Part shown: in pieces, positions 53,461 to 64,000 of the stretch
How positions within the stretch are numbered: position 1 is the first letter of the stretch
Layout: each line of letters begins with the position of its first letter
Assembly (NCBI RefSeq): GCF_902652985.1
Contig: NC_047015.1
Span: 21,080,001-21,144,000 of the forward strand
Direction of reading: 5' to 3'
Source of the DNA: Pecten maximus
Lineage: Eukaryota
Length of the DNA: 64,000 nucleotides
Program-made: the position numbers and the translations under genes
Notes under the pieces: model-generated
The model's input: the letters and a program-made list of their open reading frames with translations, nothing else
What the model was told of the DNA's origin: nothing
The model's database searches: none

Positions 53461-54851
53461 GCCAAAGTTGGTAATAACAGTAAACAAAAAAACAAAACAA
53501 AACAGTATGAGTGCAAACAGTCGAATGATAGTCCTGATGCTAATTTTGAAGTTTATATAGATACATACATACATGTAGCTTAGGTTTTAATATCCAAGTG
53601 TCATGTCATCCGTAACCTGGGTTACATTAACACAGCTCATCATTTTTACTGATCTCAATCAGTAAATGAGCGGTTTTTTACTTATAAACATCATTATCTT
53701 CAGTCTTATTAATTGGTATCACAGAAGTGTTCAAATGAGAAAAAAGAACCTTTTGATTATAAATTGTAATAAGGAACAAAGCAAAGTATTTGATATATTT
53801 TTTTTTTAGTTTGATGAAATTGATAGAATTATTAAAAAATATTTTAAGATATTGATTTCATTGAATTATTAGTAAATATTCATTTCAATGAATTATAAAT
53901 TAATATCAATTTCAACGAATTATTAATAAATACTAATTTGATAATTATTGATATTTATTAATTTGATCATTATTAAATTGTTTGAATAAGTATTGACAAT
54001 TATCGTGTGCATAGTTAATTCTAATATATATTGTATTTTTGTCCAGTATTTATTCATTGAATGTTGACCTTTGATTTTGATGAGAAATACCATGAAATTT
54101 ACAGGTAGCATACACAGGAAACTTAAGTGACTTCACCAGAACAAACTATAATCACTATACAAACATAGTCAGTAGGGTGTTATTTCAAAATATAGGCGTT
54201 CAGGGAATCAGCCGAAGTGAAATCCCCCGTGTATGACATGGAGGACTTTAACTCACAGAAAAAAAACCTGAAAACAAAAACAAACCAAAAAACCCCGGTA
54301 TAGTCGATATGGCGTCTTCCTGGTTCATATCCAAAAAAAGAAGTAAGAAAGGAAATGAAGATTAGGCTGGAAAAGGAAGAATTAGACAGCGTATGTCAAG
54401 GGTCCAGCGGTAAGTCATTGTCCATAATACACGAAACGTAAACATAACAATAGTATACCTATTCGGGGCCTACTATTACAACGGTGCATCAAAAAGAAAC
54501 GAAAGGAAACGCGCGATTACTCAGTTACAGAAAACGAATATAAACGACACACAAAAAAACAACAACAAACAAACAAACAAAAAAACAACGCATATATATC
54601 TTATGATAGGGTGCCACATACAGCCCCCGTACAAGAAATGTCGCCCTCGACATGCAAACCGATATAATGTATCAAGAACCAAATTCATAGACTAGTCGAT
54701 AAACTCATGGAACTATAGAAAATGCAAAGTAAAATGAAAGAAATGAAACCAGATACAAAGTAGTAATACAAAGCTGACAAGTCCGAAGACCTAGTCCAGT
54801 TTAGTAACAATTCCAATCTCTTCTCAAGGAACCAGCATTCCGTATGGCTTT

Positions 54852-57800
54852 CTGTGACCTCTCTTTGACCCCTACATATCCTTTCATTGTGTTACCTCAC
54901 TGTCCCCTACATATCCCTTTATTGTGTTACCTCTCTATCCCCTACATATCCCTTTATTGTGCTACCTCTCTGTCCCCTACATATCCCTTCATTGTGTTAC
55001 CTCTCTGTCCCCTACATATCCCTTTATTGTGTAACCTCTCTGTCCCCTACATATACCTATATTGTGTAACCTCTCTGTCCCCTACATATCCCTATATTGT
55101 GTAACCTCTCTGTCCCCTACATATCCCTTTATTGTGTAACCTCTCTGTCCCCTACATATCCCTTTATTGTGCTACCTCACTGTCCCCTACATATCCCTTC
55201 ATTGTGTAACCTCTCTGTCCCCTACATATCCCTTTATTGTGTTACCTCTCTGTCCCCTACATATCCCTTCATTGTGTAACCTCTCTATCCCCTACATATC
55301 CCTTTATTGTGCTACCTCTCTGTCCCCTACATATACCTTTATTGTGTTACCTCTCTGTCCCCTACATATCCCTTCATTGTGTCACCTCTCTGTCCCCTAC
55401 ATATCCCTTCATTGTGTTACCTCTCTGTCCCCTACATATCCCTTCATTGTGTTACCTCTCTGTCCCCTACATATCCCTTTATTGTTTTACCTCTCTGTCC
55501 CCTACATATCCCTTCATTGTGTTACCTCTCTGTCCCCTACATATCCCTTCATTGTGTTACCTCACTGTCCCCTACTGTCCCTTCATTGTGTTACCTCTCT
55601 GTCCCCTACATATCCCTTCATTGTGTTACCTCTCTATCCCCTACATATCCCTTTATTGTGTTACCTCTCTTCCCCTACTGTCCCTTCATTGTGTTACCTC
55701 TCTGTCCCCTACATGTCCCTTTATTGTGTTACCACTCTGTCCCCTACATATCCCTTTATTGTGTTACCTCTCTGTCCCCTACATATCCCTTTATTGTGTT
55801 ACCTCTCTGTCCCCTACATGTCCCTTTATTGTGTTACCTCTCTGTCCCCTACATATCTCTTTATTGTGTTACCTCTCTGTCCACTACATATCCCTTTATT
55901 GTTACCTCTCTGTCCCCTACATATCCCTTCATTGTGTAACCTCTCTGTCCCCTACATATCCCTTTATTGTGTAACCTCTCTGTCCCCTACATATCCCTTC
56001 ATTGTGTTACCTCTCTGTCCCCTACATATCCCTTTATTGTGTTACCTCTCTGTCCCCTACGTATCCCTTTATTGTGTTACCTCTCTGTCCCCTACATATC
56101 CCTTTATTGTGTTACCTCACTGTCCCCTACATATCCCTTTATTGTGTAACCTCACTGTCCCCTACATATCCGTTTATTGTGTTACCTCTCTGTCCCCTAC
56201 ATATCCCTTTATTGTGTTACCTCACTGTCCCCTACATATCCCTTCATTGTGTTACCTCTCTGTCCCCTACTGTCCCTTCATTGTGTAACCTCTCTGACCC
56301 CTACATATCCCTTTATTGTGTTACCTCTCTGTCCTCTACATATCCCTTTATTGTGTAACCTCTCTGTCCCCTACTGTCCTTTGATTGTGTTACCTCTCTG
56401 TCCTCTACATATCCCTTTATTGTGTTACTTCTCTGTCCCCTACATATCCCTTCATTGTGTTACCTCTCTGTCCCCTACATACCCCCTCATTGTGTTACCT
56501 CACTGTCCCCTACATATCCCTTTATTGTGTAACCTCTCTGTCCCCTACATATCCCTTTATTGTGTAACCTCTCTGTCCCCTACTGTCCTTTGATTGTGTT
56601 ACCTCTCTGTCCCCTACATATCCCTTTATTGTGTTACCTCTCTGTCCCCTACATATCCCCTCATTGTGTTACCTCACTGTCCCCTACATATCCCTTTATT
56701 GTGTAACCTCTCTGTCCCCTACATATCCCTTTATTGTGTAACCTTTCTGTTCCCTACATATCCCTTTATTGTGTTACCTCTCTGTCCCCTACGTATCCCT
56801 TTATTGTGTTACCTCTCTGTCCCCTACATATCCCTTCATTGTGTTACCTCTCTGTCCCCTACATATCCCTTTATTGTGTTACCTCTCTGTCCCCTACGTA
56901 TCCCTTTATTGTGTTACCTCTCTGTCCCCTACATATCCCTTTATTGTGTTACCTCACTGTCCCCTACATATCCCTTTATTGTGTAACCTCACTGTCCCCT
57001 ACATATCCGTTTATTGTGTTACCTCTCTGTCCCCTACATATCCCTTTATTGTGTTACCTCACTGTCCCCTACATATCCCTTCATTGTGTTACCTCTCTGT
57101 CCCCTACTGTCCCTTCATTGTGTAACCTCTCTGACCCCTACATATCCCTTTATTGTGTTACCTCTCTGTCCTCTACATATCCCTTTATTGTGTAACCTCT
57201 CTGTCCCCTACTGTCTTTTGATTGTGTTACCTCTCTGTCCCCTACATATTTCTTTATTGTGTTACTTCTCTGTCCCCTACATATCCCTTCATTGTGTTAC
57301 CTCTCTGTCCCCTACATACCCCCTCATTGTGTTACCTCACTGTCCCCTACATATCCCTTTATTGTGTAACCTCTCTGTCCCCTACATATCCCTTTATTGT
57401 GTAACCTCTCTGTCCCCTACTGTCCTTTGATTGTGTTACCTCTCTGTCCCCTACATATCCCTTTATTGTGTTACCTCTCTGTCCCCTACATATCCCCTCA
57501 TTGTGTTACCTCACTGTCCCCTACATATCCCTTTATTGTGTAACCTCTCTGTCCCCTACATATCCCTTTATTGTGTAACCTTTCTGTTCCCTACATATCC
57601 CTTTATTGTGTTACCTCTCTGTCCCCTACGTATCCCTTTATTGTGTTACCTCTCTGTCCCCTACATATCCCTTCATTGTGTTACCTCTCTGTCCCCTACA
57701 TATCCCTTTATTGTGTTACCTCACTGTCCCCTACATATCCCTTCATTGTGTTACCTCTCTGTCCCCTACATATCCCTTTATTGTCTTACCTCACTGTCCC

Positions 57801-60800
57801 CTACATATCCCTACATTGTGTTACATCTCTGTCCCCTACGTATCCCTTCATTGTGTTACCTCTCTGTCCCCTACATATCCCTTTATTGTGTTACCTCTCT
57901 GTCCCCTACATATCCCTTCATTGTGTTACCTCACTGTCCCCTACATATCCCTTCATTGTGTTACCTCACTGTCCCCTACATATCCATTTATTGTGTAACC
58001 TCTCTGTCCCCTACATATCCCTTCATTGTGTTACCTCACTGTCCCCTACATATCCCTTTATTGTGTTACCTCACTGTCCCTTACATATCCCTTTATTGTG
58101 TAACCTCTCTGTCCCCTACATATCCCTTCATTGTGTTACCTCTCTGTCCCCTACATATCCCTTTATTGTGTAACCTCTCTGTCCCCTACTGTCCTTTGAT
58201 TGTGTTACCTCTCTGTCCCCTACATATCCCTTTATTGTGTTACCTCTCTGTCCCCTACATATCCCCTCATTGTGTTACCTCACTGTCCCCTACATATCCC
58301 TTTATTGTGTAACCTCTCTGTCCCCCTACATATCCCTTTATTGTGTAACCTTTCTGTTCCCTACATATCCCTTTATTGTGTTACCTCTCTGTCCCCTACG
58401 TATCCCTTTATTGTGTTACCTCTCTGTCCCCTACATATCCCTTCATTGTGTTACCTCTCTGTCCCCTACATATCCCTTTATTGTGTTACCTCACTGTCCC
58501 CTACATATCCCTTCATTGTGTTACCTCTCTGTCCCCTACATATCCCTTTATTGTCTTACCTCACTGTCCCCTACATATCCCTACATTGTGTTACCTCTCT
58601 GTCCCCTACGTATCCCTTCATTGTGTTACCTCTCTGTCCCCTACATATCCCTTTATTGTGTTACCTCTCTGTCCCCTACATATCCCTTCATTGTGTTACC
58701 TCTCTGTCCCCTACATATCCCTTTATTGTGTTACCTCTCTGTCCCCTACATATCCCTTCATTGTGTTACCTCACTGTCCCCTACATATCCCTTCATTGTG
58801 TTACCTCACTGTCCCCTACATATCCATTTATTGTGTAACCTCTCTGTCCCCTACATATCCCTTCATTGTGTTACCTCACTGTCCCCTACATATCCCTTCA
58901 TTGTGTTACCTCTCTGTCCCCTACATATCCCTTCATTGTGTTACCTCTCTGTCCCCTACATATCCCTTCATTGTGTTACCTCACTGTCCCCTACATATCC
59001 CTTTATTGTGTTAATTCTCTGTCCCCTACATATCCCTTTATTGTGTTACCTCACTGTCCCCTACATATCCCTACATTGTGTTACCTCTCTGTCCCCTACG
59101 TATCCCTTCATTGTGTTACCTCTCTGTCCCCTACATATCCCTTTATTGTGTTACCTCTCTGTCCCCTACATATCCCTTCATTGTGTTACCTCACTGTCCC
59201 CTACATATCCCTTTATTGTGTAACCTCTCTGTCCCCTACATATCCCTTTATTGTGTTACCTCTCTGTCCCCTACATATCCCTTCATTGTGTTACCTTTCT
59301 GTCCCCTACATATCCCTTTATTGTGTTACATGTCTGTCCCCTACATATCCCTTTATTGTGTTACCTCTCTGTCCCCTACATATCCCTTTATTGTGTTACC
59401 TCTCTGTCCCCTACATATCCCTTTATTGTGTTACCTCTCTGTCCCCTACATATCCCTTTATTGTGTAACCTCACTGTCCCCTACATATCCCTTTATTGTG
59501 TTACCTCACTGTCCCCTACATATCCCTTTATTGTGCTACCTCTCTGTCCCCTACATATCCCTTCATTGTGTTACCTCTCTGTCCCCTACATATCCCTTTA
59601 TTGTGTAACCTCTCTGTCCCCTACATATCCCTATATTGTGTAACCTCTCTGTCCCCTACATATCCCTATATTGTGTAACCTCTCTGTCCCCTACATATCC
59701 CTTTATTGTGTAACCTCTCTGTCCCCTACATATCCCTTTATTGTGTTACCTCACTGTCCCCTACATATCCCTTCATTGTGTTACCTCTCTGTCCCCTACT
59801 GTCCCTTCATTGTGTAACCTCTCTGACCCCTACATATCCCTTTATTGTGTTACCTCTCTGTCCTCTACATATCCCTTTATTGTGTAACCTCTCTGTCCCC
59901 TACTGTCCTTTGATTGTGTTACCTCTCTGTCCCCTACATATTTCTTTATTGTGTTACTTCTCTGTCCCCTACATATCCCTTCACTGTGTTACCTCTCTGT
60001 CCCCTACATACCCCCTCATTGTGTTACCTCACTGTCCCCTACATATCCCTTTATTGTGTAACCTCTCTGTCCCCTACATATCCCTTTATTGTGTAACCTC
60101 TCTGTCCCCTACTGTCCTTTGATTGTGTTACCTCTCTGTCCCCTACATATCCCTTTATTGTGTTACCTCTCTGTCCCCTACATATCCCCTCATTGTGTTA
60201 CCTCACTGTCCCCTACATATCCCTTTATTGTGTAACCTCTCTGTCCCCTACATATCCCTTTATTGTGTAACCTTTCTGTTCCCTACATATCCCTTTATTG
60301 TGTTACCTCTCTGTCCCCTACGTATCCCTTTATTGTGTTACCTCTCTGTCCCCTACATATCCCTTCATTGTGTTACCTCTCTGTCCCCTACATATCCCTT
60401 TATTGTGTTACCTCACTGTCCCCTACATATCCCTTCATTGTGTTACCTCTCTGTCCCCTACATATCCCTTTATTGTCTTACCTCACTGTCCCCTACATAT
60501 CCCTACATTGTGTTACCTCTCTGTCCCCTACGTATCCCTTCATTGTGTTACCTCTCTGTCCCCTACATATCCCTTTATTGTGTTACCTCTCTGTCCCCTA
60601 CATATCCCTTCATTGTGTTACCTCACTGTCCCCTACATATCCCTTCATTGTGTTACCTCACTGTCCCCTACATATCCCTTCATTGTGTTACCTCACTGTC
60701 CCCTACATATCCCCTTTATTGTGTTACCTCACTGTCCCTTACATATCCCTTTATTGTGTAACCTCTCTGTCCCCTACATATCCCTTCATTGTGTTACCTC

Positions 60801-63800
60801 TCTGTCCCCTACATATCCCTTTATTGTGTAACCTCTCTGTCCCCTACTGTCCTTTGATTGTGTTACCTCTCTGTCCCCTACATATCCCTTTATTGTGTTA
60901 CCTCTCTGTCCCCTACATATCCCCTCATTGTGTTACCTCACTGTCCCCTACATATCCCTTTATTGTGTAACCTCTCTGTCCCCTACATATCCCTTTATTG
61001 TGTAACCTTTCTGTTCCCTACATATCCCTTTATTGTGTTACCTCTCTGTCCCCTACGTATCCCTTTATTGTGTTACCTCTCTGTCCCCTACATATCCCTT
61101 CATTGTGTTACCTCTCTGTCCCCTACATATCCCTTTATTGTGTTACCTCACTGTCCCCTACATATCCCTTCATTGTGTTACCTCTCTGTCCCCTACATAT
61201 CCCTTTATTGTCTTACCTCACTGTCCCCTACATATCCCTTCATTGTGTTACCTTTCTGTCCCCTACATATCCCTTTATTGTGTTACATGTCTGTCCCCTA
61301 CATATCCCTTTATTGTGTTACCTCTCTGTCCCCTACATATCCCTTTATTGTGTTACCTCTCTGTCCCCTACATATCCCTTTATTGTGTTACCTCACTGTC
61401 CCCTACATATCCATTTATTGTGTAACCTCTCTGTCCCCTACATATCCCTTCATTGTGTTACCTCACTGTCCCCTACATCCCTTTATTGTGTTACCTCACT
61501 GTCCTTACATATCCCTTTATTGTGTAACCTCCTCTGTCCCCTACATATCCCTTCATTGTGTTACCTCTCTGTCCCCTAAATATCTCCCTTATTGTGTAAC
61601 CTCTCTGTCCCCTACTGTCCTTTGATTGTGTTACCTCTCTGTCCCCTACATATCCCCTTTATTGTGTTACCTCTCTGTCACCTACATATCCCCTCATTGT
61701 GTTACCTCACTGTCCCCTACATATCCCTTTATGTGTAACCTCTCTGTCCCCTACATATCCCTTTATTGTGTAACCTTTCTGTTCCCTACATATCCCTTTA
61801 TTGTGTTACCTCTCTGTCCCCTACGTATCCCTTTATTGTGTTACCTCTCTGTCCCCTACATATCCCTTCATTGTGTTACCTCTCTGTCCCCTACATATCC
61901 CTTTATTGTGTACCTCACTGTCCCCTACATATCCCTTCATTGTGTTACCTCTCTGTCCCCTACATATCCCTTTATTGTCTTACCTCACTGTCCCCTACAT
62001 ATCCCTACATTGTGTTACCTCTCTGTCCCCTACGTATCCCTTCTTTGTGTTACCTCTCTGTCCCCTACATATCCCTTTATTGTGTTACCTCTCTGTCCCT
62101 ACATATCCCTTCATTGTGTTACCTCTCTGTCCCCTACATATCCCTTTATTGTGTTACCTCTCTGTCCCCTACATATCCCTTCATTGTGTTACCTCACTGT
62201 CCCCTACATATCCCTTCATTGTGTTACCTCACTGTCCCCTACATATCCATTTATTGTGTAACCTCTCTGTCCCCTACATATCCCTTCATTGTGTTACCTC
62301 ACTGTCCCCTACATATCCCTTTATTGTGTTACCTCACTGTCCCCTACATATCCCTTTATTGTGTTACCTCTCTGTCCCTACATATCCCTTCATTGTGTTA
62401 CCTTTCTGTCCCCTACATATCCCTTCATTGTGTTACATGTCTGTCCCCTACATATCCCTTTATTGTGTTACCTCTCTGTCCCCTACATATCCCTTTATTG
62501 TGTTACCTCTCTGTCCCCTACATATCCCTTTATTGTGTTACCTCTCTGTCCCCTACATATCCCTTATTGTGTAACCTCACTGTCCCCCTACATATCCCTT
62601 TATTGTGTTACCTCACTGTCCCTACATATCCCTTCATTGTGTTACCTCTCTGTCCCCTACATATCCCTTTATTGTGTTACCTCTCTGTCCCCTACATATC
62701 CCGTTATTGTGTGACCTCTCTGTCCCCTACATATCCCTTTATTGTGTTACCTCTCTGTCCCCTACATATCCCTTCATTGTGTTACCTCTCTCTGTCCCCT
62801 ACATATCCCTTCATTGTGGTTACCCTCTCGTCCCCTACATATCCCTTCATTGTGTTACCCCTCTCTGTCCCCTACATATCCCTTCATTGTGTTACCTCAC
62901 TGTCCCCTACATATCCCTTTATTGTGTTAATTCTCTGTCTCCCCCCCTACATATCCCTTTATTGTGTTACCTCACTGTCCCCTACATATCCCTTCATTGT
63001 GTTACCTCTCTGTCCCCTACATATCCCTTCATTGTGTTACATCTCTGTCCCTCTCTGTCCCCTACATATCCCTTTATTGTGTTACCTCTCTGTCCCCTAC
63101 ATATCCCTTCATTGTGTTTTACCTCACTGTATCCTACATATCCCTTTATTGTGTTACCTCACTGTCCCCTACATATCCATTTATTGTGTAACCTCTCTGT
63201 CCCCTACATATCCCTTCATTGTGTTACCTCACTGTCCCCTACATATCCCTTTATTGTGTTACCTCACTGTCCCCTACATATCCCTTTATTGTGTAACCTC
63301 TCTGTCCCCTACATATCCCTTTATTGTGTTACCTCTCTGTCCCCTACATATCCCTTCATTGTGTTACCTTTCTGTCCCCTACATATCCCTTTATTGTGTT
63401 ACATGTCTGTCCCCTACATATCCCTTTATTGTGTTACCTCTCTGTCCCCTACATATCCCTTTATTGTGTTACCTCTCTGTCCCCTACATATCCCTTTATT
63501 GTGTTACCTCTCTGTCCCCTACATATCCCTTTATTGTGTAACCTCACTGTCCCCTACATATCCCTTTATTGTGTTACCTCACTGTCCCCTACATATCCCT
63601 TTAATGTGCTACCTCTCTGTCCCCTACATATCCCTTCATTGTGTTACCTCTCTGTCCCCTACATATCCCTTTATTGTGTAGCCTCTCTGTCCCCTACATA
63701 TCCCTATATTGTGTAACCTCTCTGTCCCCTACATATCCCTATATTGTGTAACCTCTCTGTCCCCTACATATCCCTTTATTGTGTAACCTCTCTGTCCCCT

Positions 63801-64000
63801 ACATATCCCTTTATTGTGCTACCTCACTGTCCCCTACATATCCCTTCATTGTGTAACCTCTCTGTCCCCTACATATCCCTTTATTGTGTTACCTCTCTGT
63901 CCCCTACATATCCCTTCATTGTGTAACCTCTCTATCCCCTACATATCCCTTTATTGTGCTACCTCTCTGTCCCCTACATATACCTTTATTGTGTTACCTC
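54852..64000. repeat. Satellite, 35-bp unit ATTGTGTTACCTCTCTGTCCCCTACATATCCCTTT, >250 copies, runs off the window end
   Basis: Visible array with higher-order structure; explains all ORFs from 54844 onward. Confidence 0.98.

Noticed and set aside
54844-63926. Numerous Cys/Pro/Leu-rich ORFs
   Set aside because: The 35-bp unit cycles through all three frames, so overlapping near-identical ORFs are a repeat artefact.
5476-64000. Tandem arrays with 29-42 bp units as CRISPR arrays
   Set aside because: Units are head-to-tail with no unique spacers, no cas genes are present, and the context is eukaryotic.

Overview
Eukaryotic, AT-rich invertebrate DNA, most likely a mollusc or bivalve; this is inferred from the protein, the repeat types and TACATGTA enrichment. 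The only host coding sequence is the large first coding exon of a netrin-1/UNC-6 gene on the minus strand (19767..18768): signal peptide, laminin N-terminal domain and first laminin-EGF repeat, ending at a phase-1 GT donor. I could not find exon 2, so 1-18767 is probably intron and 19.8-64 kb is 5' leader and upstream DNA. About 45% of the window consists of roughly 19 separate tandem-repeat arrays (14-66 bp units), and these explain nearly all long ORFs in the track. Mobile DNA includes a young 5'-truncated RTE-X-like LINE inside one copy of a 1.2-kb tandem duplication, with both empty and filled sites visible. There is also a tiny retroposon 3' end, a tRNA-derived SINE-like element, a palindrome-headed non-autonomous element and a decayed FLYWCH-MULE transposase. 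I found no CRISPR array, rRNA, functional tRNA or clearly novel protein system. The most interesting signals concern repeat evolution and repeat-built regulatory motif clusters around netrin.
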